From positions 96,001-160,000 of the IMG/VR virus record IMGVR_UViG_3300046777_002658: a stretch of DNA of 64,000 bases. The stretch is one strand, 5' to 3'. Shown one piece after another: positions 1 through 9,263 of this stretch (the stretch's first letter is position 1; the number at the start of each line of letters is the position of its first letter). Origin of the DNA: a virus. The translations under genes were made by a program, and so were the position numbers. The notes beneath the pieces were generated by a model. The model was not told the origin of the DNA and did not search any database. It saw only the letters and a program-made list of their open reading frames with translations.

Positions 1-7
1 CCACGCT

Positions 8-304
8 TTGTTAGGCTTAATAGGTGAGTCTGTAGAGTTGTTAGAAAATTTACTTGGTGGAGATGACTCTACAAACACTGTAGAAGAAGTAGGGGACTTG
101 TTTTGGTTTATGGCGTTGCTGACCGAGACTAATAAACTAGATGCTGAAGTAATTTGGCAAGCTAATATAGCCAAACTGGCAGCTAGATACCCAAATAAGT
201 TTGACAGTGAGAAAGCAGTGAATAGAGACTTAGAGGCTGAGAAGAAGGCTTTGGAAACTGCTCTAGACAGCACAGGCAGTGAACAATTGTCTCTGGCCTT
301 ATAA
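8..304 (+). CDS. MazG-like nucleotide pyrophosphohydrolase (5'-partial, frame open from window start)
   Basis: GLIGESVEL...EEVGDLFWF...IWQANIAKLAARYP matches the phage MazG-like pattern. Confidence 0.75.
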   Translation: MLGLIGESVELLENLLGGDDSTNTVEEVGDLFWFMALLTETNKLDAEVIWQANIAKLAARYPNKFDSEKAVNRDLEAEKKALETALDSTGSEQLSLAL

Positions 305-329
305 GGTACACTATTTCGTAAGCTAAAAA

Positions 330-368
330 GGCTGGAAGTTAGCAATTAACTTCCAGCCATTGTTTTTC
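330..368 (+). terminator. Intrinsic terminator-like hairpin
   Basis: 12-bp stem GGCTGGAAGTTA/TAACTTCCAGCC (330-341/347-358), A-run before and T-rich run after. Confidence 0.7.
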
Positions 369-388
369 TAACACTAAACAAAACTACA

Positions 389-799
389 ATGACAGAAACA
401 ATGACGAACAGTTCGTTGACAACTAAAATTTTAACACTAGACGAGATTAGGACTGGCTTGGGTCTTCTTAAACCAGAAGACCAAATATTAAAAGTTGTGA
501 AGCAAATACTAGAGTCAGACTTAACAAACTGGGAGAAAGCACAGGCTATAAAACAGATGAGGGGCTTTGGTTTTACAACAGAAGTTTTATTAGATGCTTT
601 GTACAGCTCTCAGATGTACAAGGTGGCTATAGAAGCCTTCTACAAACCTAGAAGTGAAGACTTAGCCAAGAAAGCTAGAGATTGGGCTGTCCAGTTGGGT
701 ATAGACCCTAGTAACATATTAGCCGCGCCAGTAAAGCTTGAAGCTGGAACTGTTACCTCTGATGTTACCACCTATTATGATAGGTTCAGAAACAGCTAG
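389..799 (+). CDS. Hypothetical protein
   Basis: 136-aa ORF co-oriented with neighbours; its 5' end contains a copy of the ACGAACAGTTCGT palindrome. Confidence 0.6.
   Translation: MTETMTNSSLTTKILTLDEIRTGLGLLKPEDQILKVVKQILESDLTNWEKAQAIKQMRGFGFTTEVLLDALYSSQMYKVAIEAFYKPRSEDLAKKARDWAVQLGIDPSNILAAPVKLEAGTVTSDVTTYYDRFRNS
404..416. promoter_or_regulatory. Dispersed palindrome ACGAACWGTTCGT (copy 1 of 6; others 7511, 19166, 35576, 47306, 50792)
   Basis: The same 13-bp pseudo-palindrome was read at six positions. Confidence 0.7.
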
Positions 800-870
800 T
801 TGACACTATTAAAAATCCTGAAGGTTTTATGAAGTGACAATTACTAATTAAGGTAATTGAGGATTGAAAC

Positions 871-1065
871 ATGAACAAAGACTCAGAAAATAAAACACTA
901 AAGTCACTAAGCTTTGTCACCTCTCTTCTTGTAACTATAACTTGTGGTATTCTGGCAGCAAAAATTATAACAGGGCTAGACCAGCAAGAACAGTTAGTTG
1001 AATTAGTGTGCTTAATTTATGGTTTAGGAGCTTTAGCGTGTCACCTACTATTAGTAGATTATTAG
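871..1065 (+). CDS. Small membrane protein
   Basis: 64 aa with two hydrophobic segments. Confidence 0.55.
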   Translation: MNKDSENKTLKSLSFVTSLLVTITCGILAAKIITGLDQQEQLVELVCLIYGLGALACHLLLVDY

Positions 1066-1113
1066 TAGTGAGCAAGCATATCATATAATACTTTGATATG
1101 CTTGGTAAAGCAA

Positions 1114-1187
1114 GCCTCTCTAGCTCAACCAGATAGAGCAGCGTTCTTCTAAAGCGCAGGTTGAAAGTTCAAGTCTTTCGAGAGGCT
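1114..1187 (+). tRNA. tRNA-Arg(UCU)
   Basis: Full cloverleaf: acceptor GCCTCTC/GAGAGGC, D arm GCTC/GAGC, anticodon stem GCGTT/AGCGC with loop CT-TCT-AA (1148-1150), T arm GAAAG-TTCAAGT-CTTTC; CCA not encoded. Confidence 0.93.
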
Positions 1188-1195
1188 TTTCCAGC

Positions 1196-1207
1196 AAGAA
1201 AAAAGAA
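1196..1207 (+). promoter_or_regulatory. Recurrent intergenic motif AAGAAAAAAGAA(Y)A (copy 1; also 7469, 9475, 14704, 46093, 51582, 59235, 62251; variants 35926, 56942)
   Basis: Exact 12-mer seen 8 times, all on the + strand, mostly at gene junctions. Confidence 0.6.
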
Positions 1208-1213
1208 TAGGGT

Positions 1214-1702
1214 ATGTACAAACATACTTTTATTATGTTGCTACAACAAATCAAGCCTTTTACAGAAGAACAGGTTAGGAAAGTTTACCCCTTAGAGCAA
1301 GTAAAGGCTATCTTTGCTGGTGAACTAATAGCAGAGGGAAATGTTTACTGTGACTTTAGTGCCTCTTTACTAACAAATGACTATTTTCTTAGCGAAGCCT
1401 ACTTTATTGGCACAAGTGGAGCAGCTAGTCACACAGATGATGAATTTGCACAGTATGCTTATCATTTAGTGCTAGTTAACACAGGGTTAGTAGCTAAAGG
1501 TGTTAACCAACAAAACAACTTTGAACCACAAGTACCAGGTACAATCATCGTCTTAAACAATTGGGAATGGCATCACGCTATTAAAGACTCAAGAATTGGG
1601 ACTTCTGAAGATCCTATTTGGGTTTCTATTTGCTTTGATAGTGATTATGAGCTCACTGAAGAACAATTGATAAATATATTCAAGGAGTTTTTGAATGACT
1701 AA
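1214..1702 (+). CDS. Putative 2OG-Fe(II) oxygenase-like protein
   Basis: HxD (SHTDD) followed by beta-rich segments and a distal His (WHHA), the spacing of a jelly-roll facial triad. Confidence 0.4.
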   Translation: MYKHTFIMLLQQIKPFTEEQVRKVYPLEQVKAIFAGELIAEGNVYCDFSASLLTNDYFLSEAYFIGTSGAASHTDDEFAQYAYHLVLVNTGLVAKGVNQQNNFEPQVPGTIIVLNNWEWHHAIKDSRIGTSEDPIWVSICFDSDYELTEEQLINIFKEFLND

Positions 1703-3371
1703 CACATTTAAGATAGGTATCAGCCCAAAGATTCTCGACAAAGCTAGAAACTTTTTTAACTCAACAACTGAAGATATTCTCAATGAGTTACTGCAGAACT
1801 CCCGCAGAGCAGGAGCCACTAAAGTTAAAGTTACAAAGAGTGTTAATGACAACACAGTAATTATTGAAGATAACGGCATAGGAATCTTTAATAACGGCGT
1901 GGCAATCAATCTTGGTGGCAGCAGTTGGTCTTCTAAAACTCAAGAAAAAGAAAGTCCTGCAGGTTGTGGGCTGTTCTCTCTAGCTAATCTTGACAGTATT
2001 ATAGAATCACACGGTAAGAAAGTACGCTTAAATGCTGCGGCATTTAATGGTGCAAGAGAAGTGGAGATTGAAGAATCAGATTTCCTAAATGGCACTAGAA
2101 TTACGTTTAGAAACGATGACAACGAGACCTTTTTCAATTGGATTCTAAAGAAAGCTTGTAAGTTTTACCCAGTTGAGGTTGAGTATAACGGAGTAGATCT
2201 GGACAAACCTAAGGATTTTCTAGAAGATGCTGTCTATGTACAAGAGTGGGAAGGTCTCAGAATTGGTGTTGTAAAAACTTACCAAAGGGTTGGCTCTGTG
2301 ATTAAGCTAAACTTCTATGGTTTAGAGATTAACTGCCCAGACCGAAGGAGACCTTACTTTAACGGAGTATTAGACAAAGAAGACCTACTTATAAAAATAG
2401 ACATCATAGATTGCTCTAAGTTGCAACTAGTCTTGCCCTCGCGTAAGGAAGTCGTATCAAATGACTTTTTAGAGCTGCTGTTTCAACAGGGTAGAAAGGC
2501 TGTCTTTAACTACTTTAAAGACTACTGTGCCGCTGGTGGTACCCATACCCTAAGTTATACGCTGTGGTTAGAAGCTAAGAATTGTTTTGGCATAGAACTA
2601 CCAGAAGCCAAAGAGAGTCTTATTAAATGGTATCCAGAGACAGATAAATATCATAATGAGTTTTGTAGTGAGCACGTAGAAGTAAAAGCTACAAATGTCG
2701 TGATCTACAACATTGCGCAGGAAAACTATGAGCAGCACACTCTCTACCGTAGTCTATGTATAAATAACAAGGCTCCAACATTGGTTTTTGCTAATAAAGA
2801 CTATGAGGGGTACTCCTGGTACAAGAGCCTTCCTAAACTAAAAGAAGTAGAAACAAAACTTACTTACAAAGGAATTACAGTTTCACTGCAGGAGGAGATA
2901 AACGAAGACCAAACTGATCTTCGACCTGACTGTATAGAGCTAGAGTTGGTCATAGAAACTTGTGGGTTAGATACAACAATAACTCTTTACACAGACCTTG
3001 TTTTAGCTGGTGGAGAATACTGCTGTGACCTCTATGAAGCAATAATCTTTTTGTCTAAAGATAGCAAAATAGAATTAGAGGAGCTAGTTAATGTTTTAAC
3101 TTTATGCTTTTTTATTCCCTGTGAAGATAGCGGCTCTGACAGTTATGAAACTCAAATGGAATATTTCAGTGGTGAAGTCTGGTCTCTTGCCAGGAGTTTA
3201 CTGCTGTCAGAAAAAGAGGCTGCTTTAGCAAGTATACAAGAGGCTGTAGAAAACCATATACGCTGTCTTGTCCCTTCTGGAAACAGGGCTGTAATTAAAA
3301 TTCAGCAGGGCTTAGTTACAGTTGACCTGGAGCTTCTAACAGAAAATACCCTTGAAGCAGTAAAAGAATAG
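1695..3371 (+). CDS. GHKL (HATPase_c-like) ATPase domain protein
   Basis: N box ELLQNSRRA, G1 box IEDNGIGI, G2 box GCGLFSL. Confidence 0.8.
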   Translation: MTNTFKIGISPKILDKARNFFNSTTEDILNELLQNSRRAGATKVKVTKSVNDNTVIIEDNGIGIFNNGVAINLGGSSWSSKTQEKESPAGCGLFSLANLDSIIESHGKKVRLNAAAFNGAREVEIEESDFLNGTRITFRNDDNETFFNWILKKACKFYPVEVEYNGVDLDKPKDFLEDAVYVQEWEGLRIGVVKTYQRVGSVIKLNFYGLEINCPDRRRPYFNGVLDKEDLLIKIDIIDCSKLQLVLPSRKEVVSNDFLELLFQQGRKAVFNYFKDYCAAGGTHTLSYTLWLEAKNCFGIELPEAKESLIKWYPETDKYHNEFCSEHVEVKATNVVIYNIAQENYEQHTLYRSLCINNKAPTLVFANKDYEGYSWYKSLPKLKEVETKLTYKGITVSLQEEINEDQTDLRPDCIELELVIETCGLDTTITLYTDLVLAGGEYCCDLYEAIIFLSKDSKIELEELVNVLTLCFFIPCEDSGSDSYETQMEYFSGEVWSLARSLLLSEKEAALASIQEAVENHIRCLVPSGNRAVIKIQQGLVTVDLELLTENTLEAVKE

Positions 3372-3482
3372 GATTGTAGTTTTTTGTTGCTTGGTAGAGA
3401 CTTGATTTCTACCAAGCTGTTCAGATTTGATGATAAGCTATTTCTTAAAAGAGAATAGAACATAAACTTTTGGAGGCTATAA

Positions 3483-3869
3483 ATGACTAAGGATTTATCA
3501 AGACTTAAAGAACTGGTTGAAGTAGTTTTACCAGCCGTGCCTGAAGATTCTTTTAGTCTAGAGTTTTGGGCTAAAATAAAGGACTGCAGAACAGTTTACT
3601 GTGCTTGTGGCTGGGCAGCTGAATATCAACCTTTTAAAGAAGCTGGGTTAAGCTTAACCTTGATAGAACAACTAACACATACTTTTGAATTGGTTTACCA
3701 AGAGAACAAGAATACTAAGTATACAGGTTATAAAGCAGCATCAAAGTTCTTCAATATACCCCTTAGCCAAGCTTTTAACTTCTTTGATCCTGATAGTTAC
3801 TCTAAGGGGACATACACAACTAAAGCAGAGGTTATAGAAAGAATCACAAGCTATCTAAAGGAGGTTTAA
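3483..3869 (+). CDS. Hypothetical phage protein, paralogue of 8799..9263
   Basis: Shared pattern W...C.TV.C..G......F...GL.L and ...FF.+...Q....F....Y.........I.RI. Confidence 0.65.
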   Translation: MTKDLSRLKELVEVVLPAVPEDSFSLEFWAKIKDCRTVYCACGWAAEYQPFKEAGLSLTLIEQLTHTFELVYQENKNTKYTGYKAASKFFNIPLSQAFNFFDPDSYSKGTYTTKAEVIERITSYLKEV

Positions 3870-3872
3870 GTA

Positions 3873-4142
3873 ATGAAAGAATTAGCAACCAAGAATAACT
3901 GGGAATTTACAGAAGTATGGATAGACCCAATGTTATCACCTCCATATATTCTGTTATTGCTTTGCGACAGTAAAGGAAATTGTCGAATTTATGACCCAAA
4001 ACAAGGTGATAAGGTTGTATTTTCTAGTAATAGTTATGAAACTACAAAGTTATGGTTATTAAGAAATGAGTATCAACCAGTTGAAGGTAGGCTTTTAGCT
4101 GCAAAATTATTGGAAGATATTTTTGATAAATGCAGCCCTTAG
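3873..4142 (+). CDS. Cyanobacterial-type hypothetical protein
   Basis: Good RBS (AAGGAGG); EVWIDPMLSPPYILLLL...AKLWLL-type sequence that I recall from cyanobacterial genomes (unverified). Confidence 0.6.
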   Translation: MKELATKNNWEFTEVWIDPMLSPPYILLLLCDSKGNCRIYDPKQGDKVVFSSNSYETTKLWLLRNEYQPVEGRLLAAKLLEDIFDKCSP

Positions 4143-4219
4143 CGTTGGGAAGGTACTCAACTTCTGAAGCACCCAAAATTCTACTAAATTCTTTTTCTAT
4201 AGTCTCAGGAGCGCAAAAA

Positions 4220-4474
4220 ATGACGATAGGGACACACCAACTAAAAACTCATCCACAGTATTTTCAAGCTGTTAAAAAAGGACTGAAAACATTTGAGTGT
4301 AGGTACAATGACCGCAACTTTCAAGAAAACGACACATTAATACTTAAAGAATTTAATCCTGAAGCACAAGAGTATACAGGTGATGAATTAAAGGCTGTAA
4401 TTACGTATATTCTTAGTGATTTTGCAGGGTTAAAAGAAGGTTTTGTAGTTTTGGGAATTAAAGTAACCAGATGA
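4220..4474 (+). CDS. DUF3850 / ASCH-like domain protein
   Basis: HQLKTHPQYFQAVKKGLKTFECRYNDRNFQENDTLILKEF; ATG at 4220 preferred over the track start at 4130. Confidence 0.8.
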   Translation: MTIGTHQLKTHPQYFQAVKKGLKTFECRYNDRNFQENDTLILKEFNPEAQEYTGDELKAVITYILSDFAGLKEGFVVLGIKVTR

Positions 4475-4559
4475 CTGAAGAAAAGATTCTAGCTGGCGTG
4501 CAGAAGTGCTAGAGCTACCTACCTTTGATTGGAATTAAAAAGAAATAGAGCACAACAGT

Positions 4560-4871
4560 ATGAACCACATAAATCTATCAGGAACTTCCCGCAACTCTAT
4601 TGGAAGTATAGCAGACAAAAACAGTAGCAGAGTAGTAGGATTCGGAAGCTCTCAAATAGTTAACGACAGAGAAGAAGTAATCTTAGACTTTGAGGTGGAG
4701 AACGAGAAAGAAGACCTCTGCGTTTCTATAGCAGAAGCAGAACAGAAAATAAGCTTTGACCCAAACACAAAGTATTTCCTTAAGATTAATGCTCCATTAT
4801 GGAATGCCACCCGGGAAAGAAATTCTTTAGGAGAGTTCGTTTGTACAGAGTCAGGTTCAGGTTTTGCTTAA
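4560..4871 (+). CDS. Hypothetical protein
   Basis: 103-aa ORF in the + strand gene run. Confidence 0.55.
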   Translation: MNHINLSGTSRNSIGSIADKNSSRVVGFGSSQIVNDREEVILDFEVENEKEDLCVSIAEAEQKISFDPNTKYFLKINAPLWNATRERNSLGEFVCTESGSGFA

Positions 4872-4958
4872 GCAGCTCATAAGTTTCGTTAAGTGTAAAG
4901 TTACCACAAATGTCTCTTGTACACTTTTGATTAATAAAAATAGAGAATTAGCTTCCTC

Positions 4959-5939
4959 ATGCAAACAAAATCAATTCCACCCAACTTGGAAAAGTTGGAG
5001 CATCTCAGAAGTCTTAAATCATCTATTCAGCACCGTCCACGCTCTTTGGCTAACTTTATTAAACCAAATGGACGCAGTGCTGATTTTTGTTTATCTATAG
5101 CCTATGGTTGTCTGCTGGGCTGCTCCTACTGTTATGTTCAACGCAACAACATTAATGGTAATCCTCTTACAATCTACTCAAATCGTAAAGAGCTGTTCAA
5201 TAAAGTAGTAAAGTGGCATAGTCAACTACCTAGCACTAAGCCTAAAAGCTTTAAACCTTGTGACTCTCCTTACCCTTCAGGAGAGTCAGACCAAATCAAC
5301 TATACCTATGACATAGGAGAGTCAGTAGATTTGTTGTTGAAAACTCTCTCAGAAGACGTTAATTGGTGGTTAGAAAAGCTAGTTGCTGTCTCTAGACTGA
5401 AACCCACCTTTGCAACAAAGATATCAACCCCTGTGGCTGTATCTTGTCTGATTGACTGTCCAAGCCCCCGCAAAGCCCGCATCAGAGCTTCTGTAGCCCC
5501 GCAGCATATTATAGACCAAACAGAGGTTCTTACAGCTAGTGTGAGCGATCGCATTGCTGGTCTGAATCTTGCCTATCAGAAAGGCTATGAGTGTCACTTG
5601 AACTTTAGCCCTATAGTTATTACTCCTACTTGGGTTGAGGACTACAAGAATCTTTTTCTTCAGATAGATCAATTGCTATCAGCAGAGGTAAAAGAACAGT
5701 TGCGCTGCGAGGTCATATTCCTAACTCACCATGAGAAGTTATCTCAATGGAACAGGGAAAACTTTCCTACAGATAGTGAGTCCTTATTGTGGACTCCTAA
5801 AAATCAAGAAAACAAAACTAATGGGCGTGGCTCCCAAGTTAGACGTTACAAATGGCAGCTTAAGTCTCTTTACGTAAACACTTTTAGACAGCTATTAGCA
5901 GAGTATATGCCTTATTGTAAAATAAGGTATAGCTTTTAG
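4959..5939 (+). CDS. Spore photoproduct lyase family radical SAM protein
   Basis: CxxxCxxC motif (GCLLGCSYCYV) plus YDIGE...D, FATK, and HLNFSPIV...W motifs typical of SplB-like proteins. Confidence 0.85.
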   Translation: MQTKSIPPNLEKLEHLRSLKSSIQHRPRSLANFIKPNGRSADFCLSIAYGCLLGCSYCYVQRNNINGNPLTIYSNRKELFNKVVKWHSQLPSTKPKSFKPCDSPYPSGESDQINYTYDIGESVDLLLKTLSEDVNWWLEKLVAVSRLKPTFATKISTPVAVSCLIDCPSPRKARIRASVAPQHIIDQTEVLTASVSDRIAGLNLAYQKGYECHLNFSPIVITPTWVEDYKNLFLQIDQLLSAEVKEQLRCEVIFLTHHEKLSQWNRENFPTDSESLLWTPKNQENKTNGRGSQVRRYKWQLKSLYVNTFRQLLAEYMPYCKIRYSF

Positions 5940-5989
5940 ATTTACTCTGAAAGCCGGCAAACCTGCTGTAAGAAAAAAACGGTAATAGA

Positions 5990-6018
5990 TTGCGCTTTTG
6001 GAGAAAGTAAGCTATACT
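5990..6018 (+). promoter_or_regulatory. Sigma70-type promoter
   Basis: TTGCGC (5990-5995), 17 bp spacer, TATACT (6013-6018). Confidence 0.55.
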
Positions 6019-6024
6019 AAGAAA

Positions 6025-6650
6025 AGTAGCAAAAGAGGGTCAGACAGCTAAGGCTGATAAAGACTCAATCTAATAGCTATTAGGCAGAGGTTACAACGGT
6101 CGTAACAAACACACTAGATAGGCGCGTTGGCCGGGCTCAGGGAAACTCCTCCCGGTATGGGGGCATATAGTCAACATAACGAACACCAACGATACTCACT
6201 GAACTTGAACCCTTCCAGTAATTATGGGCACTCCATAAGCTTAAAGTAGAAAAGAAAATACTGTTGAAAGACAGCTTCTATAGAGAGTTGGAACTGAAGA
6301 AGGGGCGTGGTACTGAGATCCTTTACCACGAGACGCGAAGAGGCATGAAGCCGTTAGAAACCGTCGAGCAAGTCTTCTATCTTTTGTGCTGCCTATTCAA
6401 CACTTTGTTCTACCAACAAAAGCACCAAACAATGCAAGCAAACTCCGTTCAGCGAAATCCCACCAGTAGAAGCAAGTTTATATTGCTGTTGGTAGAGCGG
6501 AGAGTAACCATAACAGATTGTAAGGTTAACTAGGATGTAGCAGACTTGGTAACAGAATGTCTTGTTACCTGTAAAAGTCGAGCAATCCAGGTAAGAACGT
6601 TTAGAAGGCATAGCCAAGGCGTAGTCGTATGACTGCGGGCAATAAGAGAT
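6025..6650 (+). ncRNA. Candidate large structured ncRNA (class unknown)
   Basis: About 620 nt with no convincing ORF, downstream of a promoter, with at least seven stems (see findings). Confidence 0.45.
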
Positions 6651-6705
6651 TCTAGCATTGGCTGGAGTCTCTTATTGTTTTGAAGTACACAACAGAGGAT
6701 TGCTT

Positions 6706-7464
6706 ATGCTAAAGGATTTGATAAAGTCTAAAAAGAAAAAAATAGAACTTCTTGTAGAACTTCTTAAAGAGAAGCTAGACAAAAAAAGCAAGAAGCCACA
6801 ACGTTGGGTTCTGAGATTTACAAACTCTCAGGGATTTGCTAAAGAATCCTTACTAAACTTGCTGACAGAAATTGGCTTGTTCCAGTTCTACTCTAAGAAC
6901 AACAGTAAGCTACTTAACGTCTCTCAAGTAGTGTATTACTTAAAGAGCGGCTGGAAAGCACTAGAAAATGGTTACACAGCAGGCAAGTCATCTGAGGTAG
7001 AAATTCATCATATAGATGGTGATATTACCAACGATAGCCCTCACAACTTGGTTGCTTTATTCAGTGGAGACCACTATTACGTCTCTGCTTGCCAAAATGG
7101 AACTTTCAGACTGGAAGATTTTTTCTGGCAGAATAGCAAAGCCACCGACCAGCCAACCCTCTTTAATAATCAAGGTAGACCAATCAAGAACCACGCTAAG
7201 TTCCTGCAACGCATAATCGCAGCTACCCTCTTCAACACCCAACGCTGGCTAGAAAAAGCAGCAATGCGAACAGGTGCTAAGGTTAAGCAGATAGTAGGCT
7301 GGGTGGTCAAAAAGCTGGGTCAAGCAGTTGAAAAAGGTGTTCAGGCTATCAAGGCTATAGCAGTGAAGCCCCAAGAAAATCAGCTCGGCAGCCCTTTACT
7401 TAACTCTCCCAAAACTACTTGGAGAGAACTCAGAAGAGCTATTCTCAAACCTGTTATAGTTTGA
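6706..7464 (+). CDS. HNH endonuclease domain protein
   Basis: EIHHIDGDITNDSPHNLVAL...H motif; ATG 6706 follows AGAGGA (track start 6658). Confidence 0.75.
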   Translation: MLKDLIKSKKKKIELLVELLKEKLDKKSKKPQRWVLRFTNSQGFAKESLLNLLTEIGLFQFYSKNNSKLLNVSQVVYYLKSGWKALENGYTAGKSSEVEIHHIDGDITNDSPHNLVALFSGDHYYVSACQNGTFRLEDFFWQNSKATDQPTLFNNQGRPIKNHAKFLQRIIAATLFNTQRWLEKAAMRTGAKVKQIVGWVVKKLGQAVEKGVQAIKAIAVKPQENQLGSPLLNSPKTTWRELRRAILKPVIV

Positions 7465-7804
7465 ATGCAAGAAAAAAGAATAGAGAATGATAAAAGATAA
7501 AACAAAGTTGACGAACAGTTCGTCGCTGCTATGATTCTGTTAATTAATAAGGTATCAACAATGTTTGACTATGAAAACACAACAGGAAGCTGTACACGTC
7601 CTTCTCCAGAACGGCTGGAGTACAAAGGAAATAAACCTTTTATTCAACCGGAAGCAATCTTGCCCTATTCCACCTTGGAGTCCAGAGAAACAACAAATCG
7701 CTCAGTCGTCTTCTACAAAAGCCTTGAGTATTTCTTTCTCTATTCCCAAAACTTCCCAGAGCTAGGAGTAATAATAGGGGGTTAATGTACAAAAGGAAAA
7801 CAAC

Positions 7805-8020
7805 ATGACAGAAGATATAAAATCATTAGCTCTACAAGCAGTTCAAACATGGGGTAACAAACCTCAGTTGTCTCAAGCTACAGAAGTAGCAGAAGAAGTG
7901 GCTGACTGCCAGCTAATGCTTGAACAGATAAAGCTGATAGTTGGCATACCAAAAGATGTTATGCAAGAAGTACAGCAGACCAAGCTTAAGAAGCTGAAGA
8001 GAGGGTTAAATGCAGAGTAA
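7805..8020 (+). CDS. Short MazG-like protein, probably internally deleted
   Basis: AVQTWG..PQL...EE.ADCQLMLEQIK resembles the MazG-like family with the central helices missing. Confidence 0.45.
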   Translation: MTEDIKSLALQAVQTWGNKPQLSQATEVAEEVADCQLMLEQIKLIVGIPKDVMQEVQQTKLKKLKRGLNAE

Positions 8021-8198
8021 AAGAGCTAGACGTAGGGCTAGAGGGTTAGAGAGAGTTAAGAAGATAATCAGGAGTTTAACAGGGACTTTTAGTTTTGAGT
8101 ATACTCACATAGTAATAAGAAGAGGCAGTGTTCAAGCTTTCTGCCTACCGTCTGGCTTTTTATTAAACTTATCTACTCCTGGTCTGTACTCGTTATGA
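8010..8198 (+). CDS. Hypothetical basic protein
   Basis: Overlaps both neighbours, as in a coupled operon. Confidence 0.45.
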   Translation: MQSKRARRRARGLERVKKIIRSLTGTFSFEYTHIVIRRGSVQAFCLPSGFLLNLSTPGLYSL

Positions 8199-8866
8199 GA
8201 AACCCTCTTGACCACTATGACAGCCCCGGTTGGTTTGTAACTCACCTGCCAAATTACATTACTCTTGATGGTGTCGTAGGAGAACCTTGTTCAGGGGCCG
8301 GCAACCTCTCTTCTATCCTCCCTCACTTTAAGAATGTTCAGTCAGTCTGGACTAATGATATAAACAGAAATCTAAAAGCAGACTCACACTTTGATGCAAC
8401 TAACCCCAGAAGCTGGTTAGAGTTTCCAGAAACTGATTGGGTGGTCACAAACCCACCTTTCAACCAAGCCTTCCAAATTCTCCTCAACGCCTTCTTCTTT
8501 GCTAAAAAAGGTGTTGTTTTTTTTGTCAGGCATTCATTTACAGAACCAACAGAAGAACGAGGTGAGTGGCTCTCTAACCACCCCTGCTGGGCTAACTTGG
8601 TTTATCCAAGGTTTAAGTTTGTACAAAACAACAGAGGAACCTGGCAGACTGATAGCGCACCTATTGATGCTGTAATCTGGTTGAGGCATCCTCCAGCAAA
8701 GCTAGGTCTTTTAACTATTCCTAGCAGTAAAATAGTTGGGTTCTACAATGACCCCTCTAAAGAACCTACTACAGAACAACATTTAATTAACCTACAAATT
8801 GAAGAAGGAAAAGCAGAATATGCAGTGCAACAGGTGGAAGCAAGAAAAAGCTGCAGTAGCCCCTAA
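8195..8866 (+). CDS. DNA N6-adenine methyltransferase
   Basis: SAM-binding EPCSGAG and catalytic NPPF motifs. Confidence 0.85.
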   Translation: MRNPLDHYDSPGWFVTHLPNYITLDGVVGEPCSGAGNLSSILPHFKNVQSVWTNDINRNLKADSHFDATNPRSWLEFPETDWVVTNPPFNQAFQILLNAFFFAKKGVVFFVRHSFTEPTEERGEWLSNHPCWANLVYPRFKFVQNNRGTWQTDSAPIDAVIWLRHPPAKLGLLTIPSSKIVGFYNDPSKEPTTEQHLINLQIEEGKAEYAVQQVEARKSCSSP

Positions 8867-9263
8867 CATCGAAGCTTTAGAAAAGGCTATTGAAATTTTA
8901 GAGTCATTACCAGACAGCTTAGTAAATTTAAACTCCTGGAAAACAGGCGACACAGACTGTGGAACAGTAGCTTGCGTTGTAGGTCACTGCTGCCTTAATG
9001 AGTGGTTTAATGCTAAAGGGCTAACTCTCACAGATTGGGGTCCAGACTACATATGTCCCCATAATAAAATTGAACTTTGTTCTTGGGATGCTGTAGAAGG
9101 ATTTTTTGGTCTTAGTAGTACACAATCTTCTTTCCTTTTTAAAAAAGGTAGCTATGACTCTCCCACAGATAACAGTGTAAGTATCAGACAGCAGGTAATT
9201 AACAGAATTAAGGAGTTTGTGGATGGGAAGCAATTATCAAGTAGTGAACAATATGGCAGTTAA
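8799..9263 (+). CDS. Hypothetical phage protein, paralogue of 3483..3869
   Basis: CGTVACVVGH motif shared with the 3483 ORF. Confidence 0.65.
   Translation: MKKEKQNMQCNRWKQEKAAVAPNIEALEKAIEILESLPDSLVNLNSWKTGDTDCGTVACVVGHCCLNEWFNAKGLTLTDWGPDYICPHNKIELCSWDAVEGFFGLSSTQSSFLFKKGSYDSPTDNSVSIRQQVINRIKEFVDGKQLSSSEQYGS

Noticed and set aside
404-416. Palindrome as a LexA/SOS box
   Set aside because: The Gram-positive box is GAAC-N4-GTTC and the cyanobacterial box is different; this motif has a 1-bp spacer.
6289-6365. Hammerhead ribozyme (CTGAAGA...GAAA)
   Set aside because: No stem II closing pair adjacent to the two core motifs and no consistent stem I/III.
6264-6617. Track ORFs 6264..6533 (+) and 6393..6617 (-) as genes
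   Set aside because: Weak starts, no recognisable motifs, and they overlap a densely base-paired region better explained as RNA structure.
5990-6660. Group II intron, RNase P RNA, tmRNA or retron ncRNA
   Set aside because: No GTGCG 5' end or domain V, no RNase P P4 motifs, no tRNA-like tmRNA ends, and no reverse transcriptase in the window.
7531-7785. Two overlapping ORFs (7531..7785 and 7565..7765)
   Set aside because: Cannot tell which, if either, is real, so neither is listed as a feature.
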